Source of the DNA: Moniliella sp. 'wahieum' | Lineage: Eukaryota | Assembly (NCBI GenBank): GCA_003971905.1 | Contig: RSEE01000045.1 | Location: forward strand, 1-64,000 | Length of the DNA: 64,000 bases | Direction of reading: 5' to 3' | Made by a program: the position numbers and the translations under genes | In this document: in pieces, positions 11,344-25,934 of the stretch | Position numbering within the stretch: the stretch's first letter is position 1 | How the letters are laid out: every line of letters starts with the position of its first letter | Notes under the pieces: model-generated | What the model saw: the letters and a program-made list of their open reading frames with translations, nothing else | The model's database searches: none | Told to the model about the DNA's origin: nothing

Positions 11344-13594
11344 TCACCTGCGTCGGAGAAGGTAGGTGCAGATCTCAAACTCGATCCGGTGCAGCGGGAC
11401 ATCGGCGAGTCGAGACGGGTTTGGAGCACGTCGTAAATCGAGTCGAGGGTAAAAGCGATTGCTCCCTTGCTAAGACGCCCCCGCGTAGCCAGCAAGTTTC
11501 GCCAATGCGCCTCGTACAAGTTTTTGATCAGGGCCACCACATGCTCTGCATACGCCACCCGCGACAAGGCCCCCGCATCGTACGAGACCCAGGCTGGATG
11601 TGGCACACGCAGCGGCTCAGGTTCGCTTACAGGGCGAGGCGGCGTGTGTGGGGGAAGGCGGGCACCCACCAAGACCGCCGGGCGCAGGAGAGCAAGCAGG
11701 CGTAGCAGACTCAGACTCGAATGCAGAGCACTCACTCGAGTTGGAGCAAACTGGGGCCACCTCATTGGGGTAGTCCCCCAACCCGCATGCCCAATCGACC
11801 TGCCACAACTCCTTCAGCGCTCGCAACGTGGCGACCGACTGAGCTGTTGTGCGTGGGTAAAGCGGCAGAGTAAGCATAAAGCGGGCCACGTCGGCTTGCA
11901 GCATGTCACAGGATACGAGCCGTTGGATGCTCGGGGCCAACAAGCCGCTCAGGACCGCCCAGACATCTGTCGTGGACGCTGGGCGGTCCAGATGGTCCGG
12001 GCCAGGGATGGTGGTAGGTGCCGCCGCGAGAGGAGGGAAGTAGGACGCGATGAACTCTCGCCTCGGGCAATGTAGGCAACCACCAAGTAGGCCCCTTGCC
12101 TCAACTCGGTCGCGCGTGCTTGAAGGAACTGGGTGAGTTCGGAATCGGCAAGAAGGGCATTGGCTCGGTCCGAAGCAGAGGGCGGGGCAGGCAGATTGTG
12201 GCCCCAGTGGAGGTCCAGCATCGACACACCAAAGTCGATACTGGATCTGGGCGCGACACGCGCTCCAAAAGGACGGCCGGAAAAGGAGTGATACACCCCT
12301 TCGGACGAAACCCCCCGTGTCCGCGCAGCCCAGCCAGGAGCCAAGTAGGAGTCCGGGTCGGACTCGAGGGCGGTCATCAAGCTGCGGAAATCGGCGCCGG
12401 GCGCATCGCAGTGCAGGACCCAAAAGTCCGTGTCCGTACCAACCTCGACGGGGTGACCTTCGGCGTCGGCGTCGGCGTTGGCAGAGGTAGAAGGAGACGA
12501 ATGCGGCTGTTCCGCCATTGCCCCCGCCAGGCGGGTGATGATGGCTTGGATCAACGGATAGCCACGTCCATGAACCGCGCCATACTCGGCTACCTGCACG
12601 ATCTGCCTTGGTTCCCGCGGCGGCAGACGGCCGTCTTGAATCAGCACATCCAGTGTGCTAGCCACTTTGCTGCGCACTGCCGCGCCCAGCTGGGTCCCGC
12701 CTCCTAGCCTATGAAGGCCAGGGGCATCATGAAAGCCACCGATGTGAGCGCCTAGCGTATCAGCCGCTTCGCCCGTTGCGGTCTGGGATCCCTCTCGTAT
12801 GACCCAGTCCTGGAAGCGAACGAGGCGGCAGAAGAGATAGAAGAGCGGGGGGGGTCTTGGAGGTCGGAGGCGCTATGGAGCGAGAGGGACCGGGGCATGA
12901 TGTCAGATGGAGAATGGGACAGAGACATGTTGGTGGAGCAGGAAGATGTCCTGCGCTGCACACTGCCTCGGGCGGCGCCTGAGGCCGAGGGGGATGACAC
13001 ACCGCCTCGGCTGGGGGTGCGAACTGTCACGTCCATCTCTGGTGATAGGGACCGGGACGAGGAACGTGGCAAGCCGCGCAGTGCGGTAGGCCATGGCGAG
13101 GTGGGGGACGGGCTGGCTTGGGCAGCGGCCGGCCGGGGTACGGGGGGGAGACGAAGGAAGGGGAGACAGGGAGGTGGCGCGAGGCGGTGCGCGGACGGTA
13201 TTGGCCGAGCTGGCTGGAGTGGAGGGCTGCGGGGCGGACGAAGCGGAGGTCGGGTGGTGTTTGCGTCGGATGGGGGCGGCCGAGGCCAAGATGGAGGCCG
13301 GTGGCGAAGGCGGGGCTGGGATGTGGGAGGGAAAAGTAGTCTGCGTGAAGCGCGGAGGAGCGGGCGGGTAGGAGCCAGACACAGATTGCTGCGAGGAGGG
13401 TGGGCGGGGCGGGCGGGCAACGGGGCGGGAGGCGGAGGCGGCGGGGGAGTGGGACAGGATAGGTGCAGTTGCGGGGCCATAAGCTCGAAGGGCGGAGGCA
13501 GAGGCAGAGGCGGCGGCGGGGGCGGGGGCAGCTGGATCCGGCGTGGACGTGGATGCGACCGATCGGGAGGGGCTGAGGGGCGCTGGCCACTCAT
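11344..13594 (-). CDS. SABATH-like SAM-dependent methyltransferase (Methyltransf_7-like) with long Pro/Ser-rich N-terminus; frameshifted in this assembly
   Basis: QVAEYGA, VLHCDAPGADFRSL, YHSFSGRPFGARVAPRSSIDFGVSMLDLHW, ELTQFLQARATELRQGAYLVV and C-terminal ICTYLLRRR follow the SABATH motif order. Ends are approximate. Confidence 0.65.
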
Positions 13595-13670
13595 CTTCGG
13601 CCCATCAGCATTGTCCCCATGCGCAGGCGAGGGCAGCGAGAGAGGGAGGGAAGGAGAGAGGGGTGGACGC

Positions 13671-13750
13671 GATGGATGGATGGACGGATAGATGGACGGA
13701 TGGATAGACGGATGGATGGATGGATGGATGGTACGTATGATGGACGGATG
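13671..13750. repeat. Degenerate (GGAT/GGAC)n tetranucleotide microsatellite upstream of the methyltransferase start
   Basis: gatggatggatggacggatagatggacggatgg... read directly. Confidence 0.85.
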
Positions 13751-14958
13751 AGAGTGATATGCATGACGGCTATACATGGGTTGGTCCGACGCCTGGGAGT
13801 GGGGAGTTTGAGTTTGGGGGCGTCGAAGCTTCAGGACTGAAGCTTCACGTTGAAGCTTGGAGCCTGAAAAGCGCAAGTAGACATCTCTGCACGTACTCCT
13901 ATTACACTACCCCTACAAGTGACCTGCCACAAACGTACCTACTAGCCTCCTGAAACCCGCAGTGATAGGGATAATCGATAACTGGTAGCGGGTAGCCGTC
14001 AACCCCACCATGTACCCTAGCCAATGCTGGCCGGTGTGGTGGATTGATCGCGATCATCGCGCTGCTCGATGAGATCGGTCGGCCTGATCGACTGATCCCT
14101 CCTGAGGCCTGAGGCTCAGGCCGGAGCCTGAGCTGAGCGCTCAGCCGCCCCAATGTTCAACACGTTTAACACCCCACAACACCCAAGTCCAGGAGCCACC
14201 TCGCTACCTCGCCATCCTGCCTACTGCGCCAGCTCGCGGTGGCGCACACCCTTCGCCTACACCCTCACCCACCCGTCGCACAACCTCGTACTCACGTGCA
14301 TCACGCGTCCGCATCGCCAGAGTACTCGCTACTGTGTGATGCATGTCACGGGCCAGTGACAGCGCCTAGTAGCTACCAGCCCCTGTCGACTATCGACTAT
14401 CGTCCTGTCCGGGCACACGAGCTGCGTAAGCGCTAAGCAGTCTTGGTGGCCAACAACATTTCAACGGCAACTGGCCGCATGTACCCGCTGGGGGGGCTAG
14501 CGCAAGCCGCTGCTGCGGTTCGTAGGGGGCTACGTCATCGATCATCTCCAAGTGCCATGCGAAATGTAATTCCGCCCCGCCCGGGGAGTGCTCCCGCATC
14601 TGATGAACGATCGGCGGCGATGCGACAGGCGCCTGGTCTCTGCAGGGCGCCGCGCAGTTAGCACTCCTGCGCACCTGCCCCGCCTCCCGGTCCCAACTTC
14701 CTTCACGTTTCAATTGGTACAGAGTGCTCCAGTGGCCCGGCTGACCAGTGACCATCATCCAACCGGGCCGTGCGCACTGCTCAATCGGCTGCGATACGAC
14801 AGCCGGCGGCCGCCTGGAGCGTCGCGCAACCCTAACCCCGCCCCAGCCGCCCGGTGTCGATAACACATGCTCTCCTTTCGCTGGGGCGATAGCTCAGCTC
14901 AGCCGGCCCGCCACCCGCACCGCCACCACCACCGTCTCTCCTCCCACCCCCTGTCTCC

Positions 14959-16255
<1,297 letters not shown>

Positions 16256-16911
16256 AGTGGTAATGCGTTTTCCTTCTTTTTCTTCCCGCGTTTTGCTGGC
16301 TCGCCTTCTTCTTTGAGCTTCAAGGAGTGTGGGGCCCCGATTCCAAACCTTGTGCTCCTCCTCCGCCATCGCCACAAAGCTCCAAGCAACACGATGAGAA
16401 TTCATTCAAGTTCCTATGATTGAAGCCACGAGTTCGTCAAGTGATGTAGAACCGAGGTTCCGTTTATATCCATAGGGGCCGTCCAGGCGACAGAGAGAAT
16501 GCAGTGTCTTTTTTCGGGGCGATGAATGGCAATGAATGGCAATGAATAAGGGGTTGTAGCTAACAATAGTGCTGCTGATCCTGGGGAGCGTCCTCTGTGT
16601 TTCCTCCAGTCGTCCGCCGTTGAGCTCGCTGAGATGAACCGGGCTCAGCACAATTGGGCATGATGCATGATGCATAGCATGTGACGGGTGATACCTACAG
16701 AGTCGCTGAGCCTGGCAGCGTCCACGACGTTCCCATAGCTGGAAGAACAAAAAAAATTACCGCGCGTTCACTTGACTACCATCCGCCGTGAGCGCGTGAG
16801 CCCCCCCCCGTGGCCCGCCCTTCGCCCTTTGCTCTTGCGGCTTGCGTCAACTAGCGCGGTGGGCCCTAGCACAGCAGCTAGTGGGACCGCTTCCCGTGTG
16901 ACTTTTCCGCC

Positions 16912-17750
16912 ATTTTCGCGCTTCGTACGCTCCGCGCGCACGCCCGCGGCCGCGTCTGGCCGGGCTGGGCCAGGCCCGAGGGAGCGAGGCTGTGCGTCTC
17001 CCCCCTCTGCGTGCGGCTCGTGCGGCTGCCCCTGTAGCGCCATTGAGTGTGCGCAGCCTGAGTACCCAAACTGTCCATGAAGCCTTGGCCAAGGCCGCTG
17101 ACCAAATCGACAACAGCACCCCCTTTGACGCGGCGCGGGTGACGGTTGTGTTTGTCCTGGGCGGACCGGGGGTGGGCAAGGGCACGCAAAGTGAAAAGTT
17201 GGTGCGGGACTATGGCTTTGTGCACCTATCTGCTGGGGACTTGCTTCGGGCGGAGCAGAGTCGCGTAGGCAGTCTGTACGGTGGTCTGATTGCGGATTGT
17301 ATCAAGAATGGGCAGATTGTGCCGCAGCAAGTAACGATTGCTCTGTTGCGCAATGCGATCCAAGCGGCGTTGGATCGGGCAGCGGAGCAAGCTTGTCCGC
17401 CCGCTGGGCGCGGGGGACAAGGCCGTTTCTTGGTCGATGGCTTCCCGCGCAAGTTGGACCAAGGCCAGACGTTTGATGCCAAAGTGTGTTCTTCGGCATT
17501 TGTCTTGTTCTTGGCCGCGACCGAGGAGGTGATGCTGAACCGCCTGTTGGATCGTGGCAAAACCTCCGGAAGGGCCGATGACAATCTCGACTCAATCAAG
17601 AAACGTTTTCGTACGTTCGAGCAGACCTCGATGCCGGTCGTCGAGTACTATCGCAGCCAAGGCAAGGTGGTACAAGTCGAGGCGCTCAAATCCCCCGATG
17701 AAGTCTACAACGACATTCGCGCCGCGATGGACAACCACTTTACTCGCTAA
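16912..17750 (+). CDS. URA6: UMP-CMP (uridylate) kinase with presequence-like N-terminal extension; start codon unresolved
   Basis: VVFVLGGPGVGKGTQ P-loop, YGFVHLSAGDLLRAEQ, FLVDGFPRKLDQ, RGKTSGRADDNLDSIKKRF. Confidence 0.9.
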
Positions 17751-17899
17751 TTGGGCTATGCCCTTCTAAAAAAAGAAAGACTGAGGCGGGGGACCGTTAA
17801 ATGTGTGTTTTTTTTTCTTCTTCTTCTTTGAACCCGAGCGCGGTGGCACGACATAGACCAGAGTGTAGCTGAACCAAGTGCGACCAGGGCTGCTTGCGC

Positions 17900-19419
<1,520 letters not shown>

Positions 19420-19690
19420 TCACGTGCGCCCGGTACGTGGCTTCAACTTTCAGAACACAGGCGCGCGCCATTTGAAATGTCAAGGCGGCAGGCGACATGT
19501 GGCATGCGTGTGCACAGGCTCTCTGCGCCGTCCGAGGCGAATAGGACGGCCAAGGCCACGCCACCGTCTGCCACGGCAAGCAGCACCCGCCGAGTCCGAT
19601 CGATTCAGCTGGAGCACACTGGTCCACCTCGTCCGCCCTTGCCTCCCCTCTCAGGACTCGCTTGGCCGTGGCATTGTCGGTTGGATTGAA

Positions 19691-19723
19691 CATGGACATG
19701 GACATGGACATGGACATGGACAT
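19691..19723. repeat. (CATGGA)5 hexanucleotide microsatellite
   Basis: catggacatggacatggacatggacatggacat read directly. Confidence 0.9.
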
Positions 19724-20232
19724 TGGGCACACGTACTCAGTACTAGTTAGCAGTTGCTAGCTGCTAGTCACTCACAGCGCCAGGCTGAGCGCCCGAGCAG
19801 CTCAGCCCCTGGCCTACGCTGATCGATTAGATCTCAATTGATGATATTTGCTCGGACGATGCGGCGCGGGTGGGCGCTCAGCCGCTCAGCGGTCAGGCTG
19901 AGCCTCAGCACCCATGAGTGGCTGAGCCTATATAGGCGTGAGGAAAGCGTGACAGCCATGCTGAGTCGCAGTGCGCTCAGTCCACCCCGCCAGAGAACTC
20001 AGTCTGTGTCCTTCCCGCCCCGTCCGATTGTGCAGTGGAGCTGGCGTTGGCCTGAGCAGCCTCATCTGCGCCCGTATCCTTCTGCCTCCCCACCGCCCCA
20101 CACCGGCCGCCGTTGGCCAGCTGCTACATGTGAGCGTGTGCGTGCTGGTCACGAGCTTCAACGCGAGCTTCAAGTTGCGCTTGTCCTGGACGGTCTTGAG
20201 AGCGAACTCGTGAGCGTAAGCCTGTACGCACC

Positions 20233-22241
20233 ATGCTCATCCACCCCACGCCCGCTGGCCAGCACCCCGCTCCCCCCGACTCGGCCGCGCCAGCCTCTCC
20301 ATCGGTGCCTGCCGTCGCCCCTCTGCGTCGCGTCGGACGGTCTCTCTCGACTGGTCTGGTGCGTGGGTCGATCCGGAGCAGCGCCAGCGCATGCGGTCCA
20401 TCTCTCGTCCCCCAGGCGCCGTCGACGTGGTCGAGGCAGTGGATGCGGCGGGGATCGCCGACCCCGACCCTGGCACTGCCAGTGCTCCCCGTTTTCCTGC
20501 CCCTCGTCCCACCCGCCTGGTTCATCCCATCGCCCACCGTGCGTCGCAGGATTCCTTCGCCCCATCCGACGCTCGCATCCAACCTCCTTCCTCCAGGCAC
20601 ACACACCTCACCCTCGCAGTGCGTCCCTCCGGCCCCCCCCCTCCGGTCCCTGTCCCTTGCCTCTATGCCCATCCCTTCCCCCTCTTCGCCCATGCTCAGC
20701 AGCTCGGCCACCACTCCCTCTGCCGCCGTTCAAGCGCACTCGCGTCTTCACCGCCACCGCTCGCGCCGCTCCTTTAAGCGCACCGGGCGCCCTCAAACGC
20801 CGTGGGCGCGTCTGCAACGTCACTGGGTCGTAGTCATCATCTGCCTCGCCTCGCTCGCATGGAACTGGACGCTGTACCGGTTCGCCCAGGCTTGGAAGCT
20901 AGATGTCCGCGCTGCTTCCCTCCCCGTCTCGGCCGCTCGTACCTTGCGCCTGCCTGCCCTGCACCAACCCCGACCCTCCTGGCCTTCCCAAGAGGGTCTA
21001 TATACCCCCGGATCTGTTTCAACGGGCTGGCATGAGCCGCCCCCGACAGTCATCCCCTCCTCTGCCAGGCCCTTACCGGCTGATACACAGTCCGCTTCTT
21101 CCGCACCCAGCATTTGGCCCTTGGATCGCCTTTGGCCGTGGGGCTCGCCGGCAGGTGCCGGGCCGGACGCATCGACTGGCACTGTTGGTACCCCTGCGTT
21201 TCCCAGTACTCCCCCTTCTGGACCGTCCGGTTCCAACAGCAGGCCAAGCATCACCTTTCCCATACAGGAAGAGCACCCCTTTTCACCCAGCGCCTTCCCG
21301 TGGTCCGAGCCACTGGAGCAGGAAAACGAAGTTGATGCGGGCGTACGCAAGGATACATCGACCATATGGCCAAATTTGTTGCGCATGTATGCTCTTACCG
21401 GTATCGCCTGTTCGGTGGCGGGCTTGTTGGGCGTGCTCAAGGACGAGTGGCGACTTTTTTGGTCTATGTAGTGCAACAAACCGCCGACTTTGCATTGGTC
21501 ATGGTTGTCGCCGTCATCCTGGCTGTCTCGCTGTACCACCCGGCGATGCAACTGTACGTCTGCTACCTCTTCTCCCCCTCGGGCTCATCTCCCTTTGGAG
21601 CGGACAAACCCACGCCCACGGTGGCAGTGCCGCCTCTGTCCGCGCCGCCCAGCATGCCCAGTCTTCCGCTTGGCCCCGCTTCGTCAACATCAACAGCAAC
21701 AGCAACAGCAATATACGCGACAACATCCCCGTCAGCAGCCTCGTTGGGCCTAGGTTTACTGTCGGAACTGACGAGGTTGGACTACGCGTCGGCGGAATGT
21801 GCACGCAAGGTGCGTCATCGGTTCCTCCCGCCGCTCTGGCTGGCCATCGTGATCTCGTTGGCATTACGTTCTGTGGTGGTGGTGCAGACGGTGCGGTACC
21901 TACGCCATGCGCGGTGGCGGACCAAGCGGCGAAAGGCGCATGCCCACTCGGCTCTCCTGCTGGAAGGTTCAGATGACGCGCCTGATTCGGTGCATGTTGT
22001 ACCCATCCCTGCCCACGCAGCTGGCTTGGCCCACACGGAGAGCACTGCCGCTTTGCCTCATCTGCTTCCAACGTCAATGGCGACGCAGGCGACGATGCCG
22101 GTTGCTGTGGCTGCCAAAACATCCGATACGACTGACCCCAGCTTCATTCCCATCTACCGTACCGATCGCCTCCACCTCCTCGCCGTTCCTCCTCGATCCG
22201 CTCCAGAGCCCCGCCCCGCCCCACCTGGACCTCGAAGCTGA
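20233..22241 (+). CDS. Hypothetical membrane protein (Pro/Ser-rich, about 4 hydrophobic segments); frameshift near 21460
   Basis: Overlapping long ORFs 20233-21471 and 21366-22241 with hydrophobic stretches VVVIICLASLAW, YALTGIACSVAGLLG, FALVMVVAVILAVSL and LWLAIVISLAL. Confidence 0.55.
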
Positions 22242-22762
22242 GCTGCTAGAGTTGGCATGGCAAGAAGGCGACATGGTACCTTGACATTAGTCATCCCTGT
22301 GGCTGGCGGGAGCGGATGAGGCGGGGGGGAGCCCAAAGGTACATCATTGACCTGGCCAACCGATGGACCAGTAATGATATGAACAGCCAAGGGCCCACAT
22401 GCTTTTCCTCCCCTCCCCCGCCCCCAAACTCAGCTTAGGCTTGTTCCGGTTGCGATTCTGCGAAGGGGCCCTGGGTTCTCTTCTCGCACTTTCCTCCCGA
22501 AAAGGTAAGCTGTTTGCCAAGTGTCATGTTATATGTTAAGTATCAGGTTAGCATCCAAGTTACCAGAGGCAACGCACGAGAAAATCGACTGACAGGGTCA
22601 CCCTACAGGCTCAGGATCTGTATTTTTAATGGGCAGGATGTGTGGGGTCCTTGGGACCCGTACTGGCATTGTCTTTGTAGTTCCAGGCAGGCAAGCGCAG
22701 CAGCTCACAGCCCGAGCAAAACATGAACAGACAACTCGCTCAGATAAGCACCCCAAAAAGGA

Positions 22763-22853
22763 TGACGAGAGTGGGATTCGAACCCACGCCCCGGAGGACT
22801 GCGGTACAGACAGAAACCTGAACACAGCGCGTTAACCACTTCGCTATCTCGCC
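22763..22853 (-). tRNA. tRNA-Leu(CAG) with about 12-nt intron (22805-22816)
   Basis: Minus strand GGCGAGA-TAGCGAAGTGGTTAACGCG-CTGTG-TT-CAG-G..C-CGCAG, long variable arm, GTGGG-TTCGAAT-CCCAC-TCTCGTC-A, followed by a T-run. Confidence 0.9.
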
Positions 22854-23289
22854 TGGGTGGCAGGCCGGCGGCTTCAAAAAAATCCATCTGTACAGAGGGC
22901 AGGAGTGTAAGCCAACTGCCCCATTTTTCCTACGTGCCGCTAAAAACCCAGCAGTGCTAGAACCATGCTCTTCATAATCTGTCCAAGGGAACTGTGTGTT
23001 GGGGTTGAAGAAGTTAAGCTTTAGCCACGTTGAGCTGGGTTGAGCAAGAAAGAACCTTTTCCTGAAGATAAAGGCTGTGATGGTTCGTTTTGTTGTGAAC
23101 CTAGACAAGAGACTATAAATACACGTCTCACAACGCCCCAGACCCCACCCAGTCCCCATACGAACTTGACTAGTGTGGTACAAATACCACCTACACTACC
23201 TTCGGTGACCTTTGACGTTGTCTGTAATAGTTCAATCGCTTTGAGCCTGTAGTCTGGCTCGCCGGGGGGGAAAGGGTGGGGTCACCACT

Positions 23290-23642
23290 GCTGAACAGTG
23301 GACAAGGACATGGCGCCCAGAGTGAGGGCGCCGGTATTGGCACTTTGCTGCCGCAGAAGTCGCCCGACGTGGGCGCTTCGAAGAGAAAAAGGGAAAAGGG
23401 CACCAGGACCAAAACCAACTCATCTGCCCCAGGCGCAAAACGCACCATCATCGTAGGCTCGGGTTGGGTGTAGTCGAACCCACCCTCGGCGACCCAGTCG
23501 CCTAGCGCCGCCCGGACTCATCCACAGCGGTCACCGTCCACCTTCGCGTAGCCATCTGCCGACGGAACCGCGGTAATATACCTCCGCTTTCGATCCTTGC
23601 TCACCAGGCTGGCGCTGGGTGGTGTTTCTTGAGAATGGTCAT
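23290..23642 (-). pseudogene. Internally deleted duplicate of the hypothetical gene at about 24850-25934
   Basis: 5' end MTILKKHHPAPA matches MSILKKSIPPSA and is joined almost directly to the 3' end (RQMATRRWTVT...MMVRFAPGADELVLVLVPFS). About 750 bp present in the other copy is missing. Confidence 0.7.
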
Positions 23643-24849
23643 GGTGGGCGGGTAGGATGGCCGAGGCAGCGCACCACGACGGATTAAGAGGGGCAGAGCA
23701 AGTGGTGGGGCGGGGTCAGAGGGACGATGCACATGCACAGGGGAGGACACTGTGACGGGGTGGGGACAGGAGCGTGTAGGATGGTGCGGCGCGAAGTTGG
23801 GTTGCGCGTTTGACTGCGCGGCACGCTTAGCGGGGGTGGGACGTTTGATGGTGGTGCGATGGATTAACCTGCCCAATACAGATCCACATGGACAGCCAGC
23901 CGCACCCTGACGCACCTGGATCGAGGATCCCATCTGTCCAGTGCAGAGGGGCAGCGCCCAACACGCCAAGTTCTGCCGTCCCACGCAGGGGCGTCGTGGA
24001 TGATGTCATGGAGAGAGATCGTCGTCGCTGCACGATGCTGATGCATGATGCATGATGAGTGACGCATGATGCATGATGTCTGAGTTACGTTGACCCAAAG
24101 TCGGCAGGGATCAGATCGATCAGACGACTGCGACTGGGATGCAAACGTACCCGGCTAAACCAAGTCTCTCACTCTCAAAGATGTCATGCATCATGCATCT
24201 GCATCATGCTGCTCCAGACCAGGCTTTCTTCATTGGCTCCAGCTGGCGACAGGGATGGCAGAAGGTGTGCGAACAGGGGATGGGTTCCGCTCTTCTTTCG
24301 TCCGTCAAGCTTGAACGGGAAAACACACGTCTTCGACGCGGCTGGCCAAACACCGCTCCGTGCCGCCGGCATGCATCCAGCAGAGCCGGTTGGATGTGTG
24401 CCGCGCATTCGTACTGTTGACATCATATGGAGGTTGTTCCGCCAGAAAGGGTTAGTAGCGTATATTGCTCCGGATATCGATGGATTCTTCATTCAGGTTG
24501 TATGTGGGATAGTGCCTTATACTATGCCAGAGGGAGCAGCAATAAGCATATTCATCACACGGTTCACAACACATGCGAGATGAGAGCTAGACAATGCAAG
24601 AAGATCTCTTATGTTGTATTAGAACTAGTGGACCACCGGCCTATGGTCCGGTCAGCTGGGGCTTCAACCCAGCTTGGTGCTTGGTCGCCACCTAGCCAGC
24701 GTTCTACAGTGCATCACCGAATTCGAGGGTATCGCTGGTGGTGTCGATTAGTGAAATACCTGGAAGTCAGAACGAGGACCGTGGTGACAGTTGCATTGGG
24801 TCGAGCGGTCTTTCCCGTTCGGAGTGAGGTAACGGTGTGGTCACCACTG

Positions 24850-25934
24850 GGGATCGGGTAAGGTCCTCATTGCAGGATACATAATAGCGCCAGAATTTGG
24901 CTTCGCTGGCGAAGAAGTTCACGGGGCGTGGGCACTTCGAAGATTAAGAGGAAAAAGGCACCAGAACCATAACCAGTTCATCCGCCCCCGGAGCCAAACG
25001 CACCATCATTGTGGATTCCGGTTGGGTGTAGTCAAACCCACCTTCGGCGACCCAGTCGCCTAGCGCCACCCCGGACTCATCCACGGGGGTCACCGTCCAC
25101 CGTCGCGTAGCAATCTGCCGACGGAACCGATAATATACCTCATCCGTCGTAGACCCTGGGCCCTCCTCCGGGTTCCCAGAGGGCGAGCAGGTTAGGCGCA
25201 TATCGCTCGCACCCCAACGAACTCGATCGGGAATGGGATGACAAGCCGCGCTCTTCCTTGTCATAGGCCAGCGTGGCATTGAGGAGCTCTGTCTCTTTGT
25301 TTAGCATGTTCCGCGAGGACTTTTGTCGATCTAAAGGCGAGGCCACCGTAGCCAGAGCACTGTCTCGTCCTGGCCATCGAGCAAGACGTGCGTCGAGCCG
25401 GGTGCCGCAGTCGACCCCTGGGGCTGCTTGCCTTTAGAACGGTAAAAGGCTTTCTTGGCTTTGCCCATCATCTCTTTGATACTGAGGGACCGAATGGTAA
25501 ATTGAGCTTTCCGCGAGATTGGGTCCTGCATCGCCGTGAATAGAAGTACAAGGTGGGTCGTCGTCAGCGATGCACAACCAGCCGGATTTCCTTCTGTTCC
25601 TTCAGTCAGATACGTACAACAGCAACCCACTTGTTATGTGCGCCTAACAAGCCCTTGGCTTGGGAAATCTCGAGCGAGCGTGCTTCCGAGGATACGAAGC
25701 GCGGATCGAGCGGCGCGAGCTGAAGGGGCGGATGATGTTTGACGTTCCCCCGCGCCCCAGCGGCGGCGGCAGCTGCTGCTCCTGCGGGATCCAAGGGCGC
25801 GTGGGAGGTCGAGGCATCAAAGGATGGGGGGACGTCTTCGTGCCTGGCGCCAAGTACGGCGGCAGAGCGTCTGGCTCGTGGGCCGTCTCAGCGACACTGG
25901 CGCTGGGTGGTATGCTTTTCTTGAGGATGCTCAT
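24850..25934 (-). CDS. Hypothetical protein (longer copy of the duplicated gene), frameshifted
   Basis: Chain of minus-strand ORFs from MSILKKSIPP to VYYRFRRQIATRRWTVTPVDESG...APGADELVMVLVPF. Differences from the paralog in the 3' block look mostly synonymous or conservative by eye. Confidence 0.55.

Noticed and set aside
22763..22853. CUG codon reassignment suggested by tRNA-CAG
   Set aside because: The tRNA has Leu-type features (A73, G37, U33), and CTG codons fall at conserved Leu positions such as PEP4 NLWVPS.
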